Shown here: piece by piece, positions 37,110 to 51,259 of the stretch | Layout of the letters: every line of letters begins with the position of its first letter | Position numbering within the stretch: the first letter of the stretch is position 1 | From: Callorhinchus milii | Taxonomy: Eukaryota | Direction of reading: 5' to 3' | NCBI RefSeq assembly: GCF_018977255.1 | Contig: NW_024704742.1 | Coordinates: 103,046,001 to 103,110,000, forward strand | DNA: 64,000 nt | Position numbers and translations under genes: made by a program | Notes under the pieces: model-generated | What the model saw: the letters and a program-made list of their open reading frames with translations, nothing else | Told to the model about the DNA's origin: nothing | Databases searched by the model: none

Positions 37110-38725
37110 ATTCCCTCCATGGATTAATAAGGAAATTGGAATTAAAATAAAACAGAAAATGGAGGCTTATGATAAATGTCACATCCAAAATACAGAAGAT
37201 AATCAAATAGAATATAGAAAGTACAAAGGAGAACTGAAGAAGGAAATAAGAGGGCCAAAGAGATTGTACGAATAAAGATTAGCGGGTAAACTAAAAGGGA
37301 ACACTAAGGTATTTTATAAGCATATAAAGAATAAAACGTTAGTGAAAGGTAGGGTGGATCCAATTAGGGACCAAGGAGGAAATCTTCTTGTGGAGGCAGA
37401 GGCCATGGCTGATGCACTGAATGACTACTTTGCATCTGTCTTCACAAAAGAAGAGGATGCAGCCAATGTCACAGTATTGGAGGAGAGGGTAGAGAAATTG
37501 GATAAGATAAGAATAAACTGAGAGGAGGTACTAAAAAGCTTGATGGTGCTCAAAGTAGATAAGTCACCCAGTCTGGACAGGATGCATCCTAGGTTACTGA
37601 GGGAAGCAAGAGTGGAAATAATGGAGGCTCTGGCCACAATCTTTCAATCCTCCTTGGACACCAGGGTGGTGCCAGAGGACTAGAGGGTTGCAAATGTTAC
37701 TCCCCTGTACAAAAAGGGGCAGAAGGATAAACCTGGGAACTACAGGTCAGTCAGCCTAATGTCAGTAATGGGGAAACTTCTGGAGACTATATTCTGGGAC
37801 AAAATCAATTTTCACTTAGAAAAATATGGGTTAATAAAGGACAGACAACATGGATTTGTTAAAGGCAAATCATGTCTAACAAACCTGACAGAGTTTTTTG
37901 ATAAAGTAACCAGAGGGTGGATGAAGGTAGTGCAGTTGATGTAGTTTATATGGATTTTCAAAAGGTGTTTGATAAAGTGCCACATAAGAGACTTGTCAGC
38001 AAAATAGAAGCCCACAGTATTAAAGAGACAGTGGCAGCATGGATGCAGACTTGGCTGGGAGACAGAAACCAGAGAGCGGTGATGAACAGTTGTTTTTCTG
38101 ACTGGAGGGAAGTGTGCAGTGGTGTCCCCCAGGGGTTGGTTTTGGGACCACTGCTGTTTTTGATCTATATAAATGACCTGGACTTGGGTATAGGGAGTAC
38201 AATTTCCAAGTTTGTAGATGATACTAAGCTAGGAAAAGTAGTAGATACTGAGGAAGATAGTAGCAGAGTGCAAGATGACATAGACAGACTGGTGAAATGG
38301 GCAGACATGTGGCAGATGAAGTTTAATGTGGATAAATACAAAGTGATTCATTTTGGGAGGAAGAATGAGGAGAGGCAATGTAAGCTGATGGTAGAATCTT
38401 AAAAGGGGTGAAGCAAAAGAGAGACCTGGGGCTTCATATAAGTAAATATTTGAAGCTGGCAGGATGTGTAGATAAAGCTGCTAAAAAACGTATGGGTTAC
38501 TAGGTTTTATAAATAGGGGCATAGAATACAAAAGTCAGGAAGTTATGATGAAGCTTTATAAAACACTGGTTAGGCCTCAGCTAGAGTCCTGGGTTCAGTT
38601 CTGGGCACCACACTTTAGGAAGGGTGTCAAGGCATTGGAGAGGGTGCAAAGGAGATTTACCAGGATGGTACCAGGAATGAGGGACTTCGGTTATCAGTTG
38701 AGGCTTCTGTGCTGTACAATTCTAA
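37110..38725 (+). mobile_element. CR1 LINE ORF2 fragment (RT), decayed
   Basis: PPWINKEI start; QHGFVKGKSCLTNLTEFFD; VDVVYMDFQKVFDKVPH; SGVPQGLVLGPLLFLIYINDL; KFVDDTKL; LYKTLVRPQLE..FWAP. Confidence 0.96.
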
Positions 38726-39361
38726 GATAACCACACAGTGTGAAAGCCACAGCTTTGTCTCAGACAGGAGGAGCGGCTCCAGTTATCCTGTAACAGCCTG
38801 CTCAATTGTAGCTTTGGCACAGGGCTGTCAGCAAATGTCTGACCTCAACCCTCAGATGCAAGATGCTGTCTGTTGATGGAACAAAAGCTAAAAGACTGGA
38901 AAAAATACTTACAGTAAAATGAAAAAAGAGGCAAGGTTATTTCATGATTGATGAAGCTGTACCAAAAATGTGCTATTTCAGCAGCCAGGATTCGGCCATA
39001 TGCAGAACATTAGAAACCAATGCTAAGGTTATTATTAAACAGATCTGCCTACAAAATACACAGACATCATTTTACAGTAAATTATATGAAGCGCTTTGAA
39101 ATGCCCTCCTGATGTGAAAGACACTATATCAAATGCAAGAGTTATTATTATTATAGGAACAAACACAACATTGGGGTCAATTATGTCAGTTGTGTAAATC
39201 ATGTATGCACAAATTGTCTCCCTAAATACTGAGGATTAATGCAATGTTTCCATCCTTGTATGATACACAGCTAACAAGAACACAAAGCACATTGCAGACT
39301 AAACCTGCAGCATTGCATTTTCTCTGACCTGCTTCACAATTCCAAGATCAATGCTAGATAT

Positions 39362-39781
39362 TTGTTTGCGTATTCCCTCCTTCTTTGCTTTATACAGAAA
39401 GCTCGAGTAAGCACAGTTATGTTAACTCAACAGAATTTTATTATAACTTTGATGAAATCCACAACCCTCGGCATTAAATCTTAAATGACATGATAAATAT
39501 CAACAAACACAACTATGAGACAACAAACATTAATTACACTTAAACTATACACAGTAGCAGTCACTTGTAATGAAGTTAATGTAAGTGCACAAAGAACCAT
39601 CCTCTGACTACTAGTCATCAATAGTCAAAGCACGTACCTTTTGTTGTAGAAATAAAACAAGCCCAAGCCCATGGTGCTCGTTCTTTTATAGGTATAAAAA
39701 TGCTTTTAGCGAACACATAAACTTTACAGAACATATTTTAAGCCACAAACAGGCATAGAAAATAAAGGGGTGACCGTGATA
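39362..39781 (-). repeat. Unclassified interspersed repeat, possibly a solo LTR (copy B)
   Basis: 39601-39642 is the reverse complement of 26703-26744 at 39/42. Other matching blocks lie at both ends. Confidence 0.6.
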
Positions 39782-40039
39782 CTACCCAAACCATTCAAAG
39801 AGAAATGAGAGACACAACAAATCAAGGATATTCCCTAAAAGTGTAAAGAATGTTTAAGTAATAATCAAAGTCTTAGTTGGTAACCTTTGCTAAAACAGTG
39901 CTAAAATAGCTACTGAACATTTCAGAAAACCCTGTGTTTGGAACAGGCCAGTACACTATATTTGGAAATTGAACTAATATATAGAAACTTGTCAGTCTGT
40001 TGGTAGAAAGCTTGATGTGGCGCTTGAATAGCTCTGGTT

Positions 40040-40748
40040 CAAGCCAATGCAGTGCTGTGAGAGAGCTGCATTAGTGGAGGTGCCAACCTTCTGTTGGGAC
40101 ATTAAACCAAAGCCCATCTGCCTGTTCAGGTGGATGTTAACAACACCACCTTTCGTTTATGCAGCACGCTTCACACAGGATACCATCTCAAAACACTTAA
40201 GAGTGGTGGGGCCTGACGCCAAGTCGGAGGGAGGTGACCATAAGAATGGTCGAAGAGGAAGGTCTTCAGGTGTTATCTGAAAATAAGGAAGGAGGAGACA
40301 TGGCGGAGGGATTGAGGAAGAGAGTTCCAAAGTTTTGGGCGTAGTGGCTGAAAGCATGGCCAATGGTGGAGCAAAGGGGACAAGGAACAAACGGGAGGCT
40401 GGAGCCAACTGAGCCGGAGGTGGCAGAGCAAGGAGTAAGCAGGTTGGAGAGGTAGAGAGGTGCCAGGGGATGAAAGATTTTGTAGATGATTTGTTAAAGG
40501 GATTTGTTAAAGATCCATGGTACTACTTGAAAAAAGAAGGGAGTTTCTCCTGGTGTCCTGCCTGACAATCCTCCAGATAAAACTGGTCATTCACTTCATA
40601 GCTTTTTGTAGGACATTGTAGATTGACTGCTGCTTCCGTCAACAAATACACAATCACTCCCCTTCACAATAAAATCCTGTGAAGTGCTTTGAGATGTCTC
40701 AACAATGTGATAAGGTGCTATACAAATGTAAAGATTCTTATTATTATC
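40040..40748 (+). mobile_element. Deu-domain SINE split by a minus-strand L2 fragment (about 40141-40490)
   Basis: ctgttcaggtggatgttaa | L2 tail and body | tgttaaagatccatgg. tgttaa occurs on both sides. Confidence 0.7.
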
Positions 40749-42370
40749 ATTAATAAAATTGAGAGACTTTCCCAAAATGAATGCTTATAGTCTTAATTGT
40801 CTTCTTTTTCACATCCCTACCTACCCCCCGCCCCACTCCCCCTCACTCCCGACTGTCTTGGGAAGCTTACAGGACCAGAGAAGAGGAATGTGGTTCCATC
40901 TAAGATAGGGTGAATTCTGAATTTGGCCCCAGTTACTCATTCACTCACTGGATAAAATGGTCGAGTGATACAAGGAACTTATATAAACAGTATGAAAGTC
41001 CCTTGACAGCTGGTCTACCATTCTGAGTATAGGACACAAGAAATTGCTGAGCCACTGCCTTACGCTTTGCTTTTAATCATTTCTCACATGGTTAGAAGCG
41101 CCCTGAGATGCCATCCGGCGTGGAGGGCACTATATAAATCCAAGTTGTTGTTGTTAGCAAATTAAATATTTATTTTCTTCCTCGTTCCTTTATTAATGAC
41201 AACTTTCATAAAGAACAACAGGTTTCATAATTGTAAAATTATTCTGTGATAAACATTTGATTAAGTAGTGATTGCTCTCTGAAGCACACAGGCTGCTGAC
41301 TTGAAGTCATTCTCACTTTTGCCTATTTTAATATGATACCATGTGCTTACAAATTATTGGCTGGCTATCAACTGTAACTTCATTCCTGGTCTAGTCTTTC
41401 TTCCATTATCCCTATGTATATCTATGTGACAAGTATAGTGTTGAGCAAACATTACAGGGGCTCACCAAAAAAGGAAACTTCATCCAGGTTGTGTTTTATA
41501 TATCCAGGGAATATTGTCATAGCTCGATCATAAACATAAAAGGATACACATTTTCTCCTGTGATACAAGAGATTGTTCCACAACGTTAATAACAAGCCCT
41601 TAACATAATATTAAAGAAAAGGCAATACGTGAGTCAACAGTCTTCTCTACACTCCCAAATTCATAGAATACAACTCAAATTTGCTTACAAAAGTTGCTTT
41701 AAGCATTGGTCTAAACATATAGAGAAATAGCCTAGTTTGTTGGAACCCTTGTTCCAAAATTGTGGTCCTGGCAATGTGAGTAAGAGCAGATCAACATAAT
41801 CTATTTCTGAAAGAACCATTCAAAGTAAAAATAATTAACATAGAATTGCTGAGGCACAGCCTGCAATGAAATAAGTAAAGCCTTCAGTGATTTTAATATG
41901 GCTCCTTAAGCTGATCATCACTTCCACATGTCCTTGTTCCTAATGGGATTTAGAATAAAACCCCTCATAGCAAACAGATCTCTTCTTCACGGCTGTTCAA
42001 GAGAGCTGTAAATTGTGAGTTATCCCTCTGCACTTATCAACCCATTGAATTTCACATTTTTTCTCTGCCAATTTTCTCCTCCAATTTTCTCCACTCTTAC
42101 TCCTCTCAAGGCATCTGATTCCTATTTCCTTTCACTGGTGCCTTTTACCCTCAACTGTATTGCTCCACTGGTCAGTATTCATGTGAGATTCTTAGCAATT
42201 AATCTAAACAGGTAATAACACCATAGACAACATGTTATCCAGCTCCTGAGCCTGATATTCTCCTCAACTGATGTTGAACACAAATAAATCTTCAACAGGG
42301 GCATGCAAATCACAATTTTCTCGTCGGTTGAGAGTCTTACACTTGCGGAAACACATCAGAGTACCAAGAA

Positions 42371-42644
42371 CATCCAAACAGACTGAAAATTCTACCTATG
42401 TAGGCCTTCTACTCAATGAAATGTCCCTGTATCTAGACTGGAATGCGCACTGTCTCCCTAGTGGGACTGCTTTACTAATTCCGGAGCGTATTGGGCACAG
42501 GTTAGCAAGAGCCAAGAATTGGGGACCCAAAGTGTGTGCTGGTGTACTGCTGGAGTATAACTAGCTAATATCATATACCTTTCCATTGAGAGCACTGGCT
42601 TGCAAGCTTCTCGCTGTTTGTCAAGCTAGGAACTCCCTACCATT
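42371..42644. repeat. Unclassified repeat (copy 2)
   Basis: Shares tggaatgc.cact.tctccct, ctaattccg, tactgctggagt.taactagctaa and agctag.a..cccta with 34340-34620. Confidence 0.65.
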
Positions 42645-44044
42645 AGCATTTTGGCTTGCAATAAAGAGCAGGAAGCTTATTCTTTTCTCCTCCTTTATCT
42701 CAAGTGGACTGAAACCAATTGTTGTGCCTCAATCCCACTCTGACTGAGAACAGCTAACACAACACAGATAGGGATTTGAGCCTACAACCTATATGGACTG
42801 TATAGTGCAGAGCTCGCTGCACTGGATAGTGCCTTCAGTGAAGTGAAATTTATATTCTAACACTTTTTCTGAAACATTATTACAAACAGAAAGAAGCCAC
42901 GAGATCTATTTTGTGAATGTAATAGTGCACTGACTGAAAAAGTGGAACAGACTGAAACAAGCTGATAATGAGGGTTCGGTATATTCACAATTTGTCATTT
43001 AGCGAATTTCACAATTTAAACAAGAAACCATCATATTCAACCCATTGGCCAAAGGGTGTGGGCAGGAGTTTAGAGATGGAGGAGAGTGCATGATCTGGGA
43101 GGAGTGAAATTGTGACACCATTTGAAGGTCATGACAAGGATCTTAAAGATACTCTGCTGAGGTACAGGAAGCTAGTGGCTCTGTGTATGGAGCCTGGTGG
43201 GGAGAGAATGCAGACAGTAGAGATTTGGATGAGCTGGGACTTGAGGAAAGTCAAAAACTAAAAGTCACAGTTAATGCATCAAATCCGCTTTGTAAATATT
43301 ATAAATTAACTATCAATTTAGTCTGCTTGATATTGATGGACAGCACATGGCACCAATGGGCACACGATTACTAAATGTCTGAAACCCTTCCAGAAGCTCA
43401 GTGTCGCTCTGCATCTGAGCAACAAATCATCTTCGGCAGCAAGTGACGGAATGTTCCAGCACAAACAGCTGCTCTGTAGAGCTGGCCTAAGCAAGAAGCG
43501 AAACACAATCATTTTTATATCCTCTTTAAAATACGCCATCCTTCCAATACCAATCTGGTTGCTTAAATAAATGTATCTGTCAGCTGAGTAAAGTAGTAAA
43601 TTGTTTGAGGTTTTCAGTCTGGCTGTTGTAGTTCTCACTGTTAATCAATGATTCCTTTTAAGGGAATACTTTGAAAATGTTTATGTCCTTTGCTGCTAGC
43701 TTAGCGGATATGAACCACAGCAAGTGGTACTTATGTAGTGCTTCACTTGGGGAATGAACATGTCAAATCACTTAAAAATAATGACAAGGAGCAAAGGGAA
43801 GATAAAGTTAGGGAAGTTGCCCTAAAAAATGTTTAGGAGGTTTTTGAAGGCAGGGAATGAGGAAGTTGGGCAACAAAGCTTTGGAAGAGAATTCCAGAGG
43901 ACAATAACATAGTGGCTGACAGTGGCTGCTAATGATGGGATGTTGTCTTACTAAGATATCAGAGTACACCTCAGCATTTTGTTGCACAAGACCTTTTCAA
44001 ATTTTATTGGAGCGAATATGGTACTCTATTTTTTTCTCCAATTT

Positions 44045-44252
44045 AATCCCCTGCTTTCCTAAGGTCAGAGAAGAGTCTGCTGGGTATTTGACTGTGCGGA
44101 ATATCGGAGCTGAGCCTGATCTTATCTTTGCACATGCATACTTTCCAGCAGTGGTCACTAGATAGCAATTGGGCAGCTGAACATTTCCTTTCCTGGCCCA
44201 AAGAGATGCCTCTAACTGCTGCAAAGACGAGATGAGACAACTCAGTACAAAC
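44045..44252 (-). mobile_element. LF-SINE-like ancient SINE fragment
   Basis: Minus strand reads gctatctagtgaccactgctggaaagt..gatcaggctcagct..gtcaaata, resembling the LF-SINE body from memory. Similar to 45400-46030. Confidence 0.5.
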
Positions 44253-44309
44253 GTGTGTAAAAACAGAACTTTGCTGGTCGGTAATGTGTAGTTTCACACT
44301 AGGAGTACG

Positions 44310-44780
44310 CTTGCATTGATATTGTGTTTTATTACATTGTTGAGGCATCTCAAAGTGCTTTACAAGATACACAGTAGAGGTGTGACTGTGCATACTGTGG
44401 GTGAATGCGGCAGCCAATTTGTATACAGCAATGTCCCACAACCAGCCATGAACAATTTTATTTTGAGGATTGTTGGCCAGGACAAAGGGATAATTCCCCC
44501 TTCTCTTTTGGAACAGTGCCGTGGGATCTTATCATCCACCAGGACAGGCAGACAGAACATCAGTTTAACATCTCATGCAGAGGAGGCACCGGGTGGTGGA
44601 TTGGGGAGTGAGGAGATCAGAGAGGTAGGGAAGTGCCAGAGAGTGAAGGGATTTGACCACCACCAGCACTACATTGGAGTATCAAAATGGGCTATATGGG
44701 TTCCAAGTCCCAACTTGGGGTATCAACTCACAACCATCTGCCTAAGAGGTGAGAGTGCTACCAACTGAGCCAGGCTGACA
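44310..44780 (-). mobile_element. Deu-domain SINE with a short L2 piece inserted (about 44580-44655)
   Basis: Tail, Deu body and head (gagagtgctaccaactgagccaggctgac) in reverse complement. Confidence 0.7.
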
Positions 44781-45399
44781 TGACATTTACACTGTGATAG
44801 TTTAAAAAATTCTTGTGCAACAAAATGCATGAAAGTATTTTGTTCTGAGGCCATGGAAGGTAGCAAATAACATTTAGTGCAAACACAAACAGACTGTTCC
44901 CTGAGCAACAACTCACTGTATATGTAGCCACATGTCCTTCTTCTCCTGGTATGTTAGAGCCACAGATGACCAAAGCAAGGATGCAGGAGTCAAGTGGCTA
45001 AAGCAAGTCAGGCTGAATCACCAACCTGGATATACAGTATCAGACATCCCAATTCAGTGACAAAGTGCCAGAGAAGTCATTGCACCTGCTGCCTGCAGCA
45101 CCACAGTGACAGTTTATGAAGATGAACATTCAAAATATATTTTACATGTGTATGAAGCATTGTCCGACTGAATGCTGGATTTTGAAATCCTAGCTAACTC
45201 TGGAGAAACAGGGACATTTCTGGTGTTCCTGATATGTACAAACACAAACATCCACATAAAGAATTCTAAAACTGCATTTGTCTTGCCAATTTTTCTCCTC
45301 CCACTCATCTCCTGAAGGCTTTTTCTGACTCCTTCATTCCTTCTACGGTCAGGGGTAAAGTTCCACAGGAACCAGTTGCTCTCTGTTACCTTACACACA

Positions 45400-46030
45400 T
45401 TGACGGTGATTATCAGCATTGTATTTGACTGTGGAAGCATTACAACCAAATCTGATCCTCAACCAACATACACGCACATATACACACAAGCATCATCCAG
45501 TAGAGTGCCCGTACTTACCTGCCTGTACCCTCCGTTCCTCTGGCTCCACATCCCCCGCCCTAACCACCCTACCATCGGTGGCCGGGCCTTCAGCCTCTCA
45601 GCCCCGAGGCTCTGGAACTCCATTCCCCAGTGTCTTCGCCGCCTCCTCCCTTTCCTCCTTCAAGGCCGGTCTCAAGACTTTTCTCTTTGATCGTGCCTTC
45701 AGCTCCCCTCTCGACTCTCTACCCGCTCCTCACTCCCTTCCCTCCCCTCACCCTGACCATATCCCCCCTGCTCGGGTCCTGACCCAACTGTCCAGCGCCT
45801 TGGGACATCCTCCCGACGTGAAAGGCACTCTATAAATGAAATCTTGTTGTTGTTGTAGTAGAGTTCATTGGACAGTGATCTGGAGCAGGATTCCTGGCTG
45901 ATTTTAATCCTTTCTGGCTCAGAGCTACTGAGGATAGTGTATTACCTCAATTCACAGATGCCATGATCAATTAACTCAAAACAGAGCATGGATTGAAAAG
46001 GGGAACATCCTGACAGCAAATGTGGCTCTG
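45400..46030 (-). mobile_element. LF-SINE-like element split by an L2 insertion
   Basis: tatttgactgtggaagc..ctgatcctca before, and cattggacagtgatctggagcaggattcctggctgatttt after, the L2. Confidence 0.5.
45507..45856 (+). mobile_element. Young L2 3' fragment with 8-bp target-site duplication
   Basis: Near-identical to the 3' end of the 11847 element. agtagagt at 45499-45506 and 45857-45864. Confidence 0.93.
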
Positions 46031-47749
46031 TATAGATTGTTAGTGCAGAATGTGAGAGAAAGACAGAATTGATGAAACTGAAATTATTTTTACAAGTGGG
46101 AAGGTGCAGAAATTCATCAAAAACTTTAACCATGCTGCTTCAGAGTACCAACTGAGTTAAATCTGTGCTATAGTTTGCTGAACTCACAACACAAATTTAA
46201 AATCATAGAATCATAAAAAATTACAATTCAGAAGGAGGTTATTTGGCCCATTGAATGTGCACTGGCTCTCAGAGCAAGATGTTCATTCAATCCCAATGCC
46301 CTGCCCTCTCCCCATATATCCCTTCATAGAAATTTGCAGCACAGAAGAAAGTCTTTAGGCCCATTGTGACTGTGCCAGCTTCCTCAAGAGCAACCCTTCC
46401 AGTGCCATTTCTCTGCCCTTTCTCTGTACTAAAGGCTTTCCAGATGTAATAGATGTGTCCCTTAAATATGGAATCTGCAACAGCTGACTGTTCTGTAAGA
46501 TGCTTATTAAATAGTATAACGTTTTCAATAAGCTGTAGTTGAGTCAGAATCATTATTCTATCAGAGCTCTGCACATTCAGTGGGAGAGCAGCCCCTACCT
46601 GAAGGAATGAAGGAAACTTTAATGGAGGACTCCACAGAATCAGCATTTTACCACTTGACAGATTTTAGAGTTGAAGTGAAACAAATTTGTATTGAAGCTG
46701 TCAAGGACATTGCGTACCTTTACAGAGTTGTATTGTACTGTTAGTGCTGTACTGTTAGTATTTGCCTAAAATTTAATTTCTTATTTGGATTATAGATAAA
46801 ATGTATAGCTACGTTTGACTATTATCACTTGTCAATATCTTGTGCTTCAGGAAACTCAGGTGGAGTGATACAAGACATGTCAATCCAGTGAACAATAAAA
46901 TGGGACAATTGTTATCCCCAGATACACCTAGGGTGTATAGAAACATAGGAAAACAAGAACAGCAGAAGGCCATTCAGCCCATCATTCCTGTCCATTGTGA
47001 TTTCCCCCCAGGAGATAGTGTGTGTGGCCTTTTGCTGTTGTATTTTTATTTGTAAAGGGGAGAAGTTTGCCTTTACAGATATTGAACCTTGTGACTGTCA
47101 GTGTCCTCACAAAAGCCCTCATATGCCTAAATCTGTCACAAAAGGCCAATGTCTTACACATTTTTTTAAAATTTGCTTCCATGTTTATACTTTATTTCAT
47201 ACTTCTGCCTATAGTCTGAGCACGCTGTGATGCTATCCAGTGTGGAGGGCACTATATAAGTGCAAATTGTTGTTTTTTGTTCCGCATCTCTTAATTTGAT
47301 TCCAAGGATAGTCCCCAACTGATATTTTAACATCTGACGAGCATTGGTTTGAGCCCTCATTAGGTGGATGGCAGATACCAATTGTTCCCTGCCAGCTTCC
47401 TTGTGAGCAGCACAGCTCAATAAGAAATGAGAGCATTGCTGTGATCTTCCTGCCCATATCTCGGACAGCTACCCATTGAGCGATGCTTCCACCAGTGAGA
47501 AATGCAGAGCTTGAGCAGTGGCTGCTTATCTCTCTGAAGAACAACCAGGTGAATAACAAGCCCATGTATTCCAGTAGCTGTCATCTCAAGCCACAGAATT
47601 TTCCCATCAGTTATCTGATGGACATCTGTATAATTGAGGCAAATGTAGTGGGTAATCTATGTCCCTCAAACTGTACTAAAATGAATGACTAAATGTGGGC
47701 TTTTTCTGAATACATTTTGGATGCAGGAGAAATTTCCTGCTTGACTTTC

Positions 47750-48020
47750 AGAATGAGATGTTAAACTAAGATCCCATCTGCCTGTTCAAGTGGACGTTAA
47801 AGATTCAATGGCACAATTAGAAAAAAAGGGAGCTTCTCTTGGTATCAAGGTAAACAATCACCGAGATAAAATTGATCATTCGCTTCATGGCTGTTTTGCT
47901 GTATGCAAATTGGCTGCTGCTTTCGCCTACAAAACCACAGTCACAGTAAAATATTGTAAAGCACTTTGAGATGTCTTGATGAAGGCTAAGATGCTTTATC
48001 AATTGCAAGGATTATTATTA
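47750..48020 (+). mobile_element. Deu-domain SINE fragment
   Basis: gatgttaaactaagatcccatctgcctgttcaagtggacgttaaagat..aaattggctgctgc..tail. Confidence 0.7.
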
Positions 48021-48871
48021 TCTTTGGGGGGTTTTATACCCACCTGAATCACCATACAGAGAGACGGTCGAGACCTCATTTTTAGTGTCTGGACAGAAGC
48101 TCAGACGTGATGTCTTTTCTGTCTGCTAGTGACCTATTTCTTTTCTTGCTTTTATAAATATCTTACGGATTGGTTTCACTGTGTTAAATACAGAAGCACT
48201 GCCTGGGTTGAAACTGCTTTGATATCAGCCTCTATAAATCAATGCATGTCATCAAGACTGTTTTTCTTCATTCAGGTTAGATACCATGAGAAATTTCATA
48301 CTGAAATCCCATGTACTGAAATCAATCTTAGCAGCATGATTTTGTCAGACAAGTCAGTTTCTTCCCATAAAGCTCAATTGCATTGTGCCAGGCATCTCCA
48401 GAGCCAACATTAATGGAAGAAATACCTTTGGCACATGTACCTGATAAAAATGTATAATCTGGATGCACAGTGACAGACACAGATTACTCTTGTTCCAACG
48501 TTCACCTTATTCAACTTGACAGATGACAGTTCAATTCATTTTGATGTGATATTTTTACATTAAACAATATATCACCATAAATTATTAATGCATTAAAATT
48601 CTCATTGCATTCGAATGGTCTGTTCAAAGTTTCTGCACTAAATATAGTACTCAAGTGGGATTCCATGCTCTCCTCCCAGTAATAAAGAACTTTATTTATT
48701 ATTGGTTTAGTAGTGCTCCAAGATGCTATCCTGCTTGAAATGTACTCTATAAATGCAAGTTGTTGTTATCACTGTGAATATCTCAAAGCCCTTCAAAGTA
48801 GCCACGTGTTTGTTTTGTAAGTAACCATGGTTGCCATTTTCACGGGCAAGGTCCCACAAATAGCCATGACA

Positions 48872-49093
48872 ACACGCCTAATAATAATCCCTCCAAAACA
48901 AAAAACAATAATAAATTGGTCATTTTCAATCCACGACTGTTTGTGGGACATTGCTTTGCGCAATTGGCTGCCGCGTTCGCCCACAATTATACAGTCAATT
49001 CACTTTACAGTGTGTTCTGTGAAGCGCTTTGGGACGTCCTCCCGACGTGAAAAGCGCTATATCAAATGCAAGGATTATTATTATTATTATTAT
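48872..49093 (+). mobile_element. 5'-truncated young SINE
   Basis: Starts at acacgcctaataataatccc. Near-identical to 21716; lacks the tRNA head. Confidence 0.92.
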
Positions 49094-49969
49094 GAGGCAA
49101 ATCATCCGTTGCTCTGGAGAATTGTTGGCCAGGACACCCAACTCAGTTCTGTGAAACAGTCCAAACCTATGGAGACAGGAACAAATATCATGACTGGTGC
49201 ATGGTAATCTGAAACAGCACTGCTTAAACCCTTGGAACAGATTTGGGGAGCGTGGCATGGATGTGGGGAGAGGTTTCAAACCGTAACACTTCTAGCTATT
49301 CTCTAGAAATAGTGGAATAAAGGATAGATTCCCAATAACTCAACCCTGGCCTAAACTTGTACCTGCCACAAATCATCATTGTTGTCAATTTCCTGGCCAC
49401 ATTTATTTTATATCCATGTATACATCTAACTCACCACTCTGGATAACTGGTCACTGAGCCCTTTTCCTTTGGAGTGACGAGCTATCAGGAGTTTATTGTA
49501 TTTCATAATGCATTGAATCAAATATGTCATCAAATGTCAAGATTCTCTTCAGGCAGTGAAATTCATTAATATTGCATCTAACAATACCCTTCTTGATCCT
49601 CTGATTTGAATTCTATGTTTACTTACCCTGCAATGAGTCATGGAGATAGTTTAGACTGCTACAATTTACTTGAAGCCTACTATTTTTTGGCCATTGAATA
49701 AGGCGATTTGGGTATTTAAGTGGGGAAGATTGGTTCCAGTTTACAGAACTGAAAAGTTATTTCAAAATGAGAGACAATTAAATAGAACAAAATGTACTGT
49801 ATTTGTGGTGTAGATATAAATAACTTGCAGTTTTATAGAGCCTTGCCATGTTGACGCAGCTCAAAGTGCTTCATAAGCAATTACAGTCAAGTGTAGTGAC
49901 CTTTTGTAGGCAAGCTTGGCAGACATTTATGCCACAAAGCTCCCACAAACAACCATAAGGTGGATGGCT

Positions 49970-50110
49970 GTCATAGAATCATAGATTTATACAGTACAGA
50001 AGGAGGCTATTCGGCCCATCATGTCTGTGCAGGCTCTTTGAAAAGTGCTATTCAATTCAATCCCACTCCACCGCTCCCTCCCCATAGACCTGCAAACGTG
50101 TCTTCCCCAA
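49970..50110 (-). mobile_element. CR1-type 3'UTR
   Basis: tcatagaatcataga..cagtacagaaggaggctattcggcccatc. Similar pieces near 46200 and 58240. Confidence 0.6.
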
Positions 50111-51259
50111 ATAATTATATTTTAAAAATTATCGCTAAATGATCTAGAGAAATGTTGGCCATGATGTCAAAAGATATTCGCTTCTCATTTTAATGGCAAC
50201 TTCTCATTTTCAAAATGGCAACTTAAATGTCCACCTGCAGGATCCCCCCCACCCCTCATTAATACAGGATTTTTTCCCTTATTTTTCCTGTGAAATACAA
50301 TAGTTTCCATCTTTTGCTTCCATTCCTACCACTCCCATGTGTACGAGTCTGCTCGCACAAACAATAAACCTTTTTTACGTAATGTGCCTCTTCATTCTGA
50401 GTCTTTCAAAACAGCTTCTTATTAAAGGTTTTAACTCTTTACACAGAGGCTAAATAATGACTTGAACAGGTTGCCAGAAAACGTGGTAGAGGCCAGAACA
50501 CTGACCTCATTTTAAAAGCAGCTTGATGCTGTGATGAGTGTGGGGTGGGGGATGTTTTTTCTGGGGAGTGTTCTGGAGCGATAAGATCGAAAGGGCTGAA
50601 TCCAGTTCAATTTTGTGAATATGTTAAACTGTTTTTGGACGAAAGGATAACTACTAATTTTATTTGCAAATGAGTGAATTTCAAGCAAAACTCTACAAAT
50701 GTCCAAACACTAAATGAGGAAAGAAACAAGACAGTTCCTTTTTGTAGACGAGAACTTCATTTCCGCAAGTTCAGTTTAGAATAGAAAGAATATTCTATAG
50801 AATAGAAATTTATTTTCTTTGGAGGGATCATTACTCCTGGAAAGCAACTCGCCAATTGACTAACAACTAGGTTCCTACTTACTGCTAGCTAAACAGAGAT
50901 GTGTGGAGTAAACAAACTTGCCTAAGGTTTCGCCAGATTAACTTTGATGGGTTCACAGATAGTCGTGTAACAGCTTTGAATGAACACAGAGTCAATAAAT
51001 GTAATAATCACTCATCAGTTTGTTTGAGAAATAGATGGATTTGCTAGCAGAAAGTCCTAGGTCTATATAGAAAAAGACGTCAGATGACATGTCTCAATTT
51101 AGAAGATATTTGTTGTAAAAGCATGTCTAAGCACCAAACCTGGGAGATAAAAAGAGAGTGTAACTGAAGCCTTAGACTCTTCATGGAGCACAGGGCAAGA
51201 GTAGATCATTCATAGCTTCGAATGTGTTCTACAATTTATTATTCCACTATTTATTTATT

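Noticed and set aside
48274..48413. Possible terminal exon
   Set aside because: AT-rich codons and no recognisable motif.
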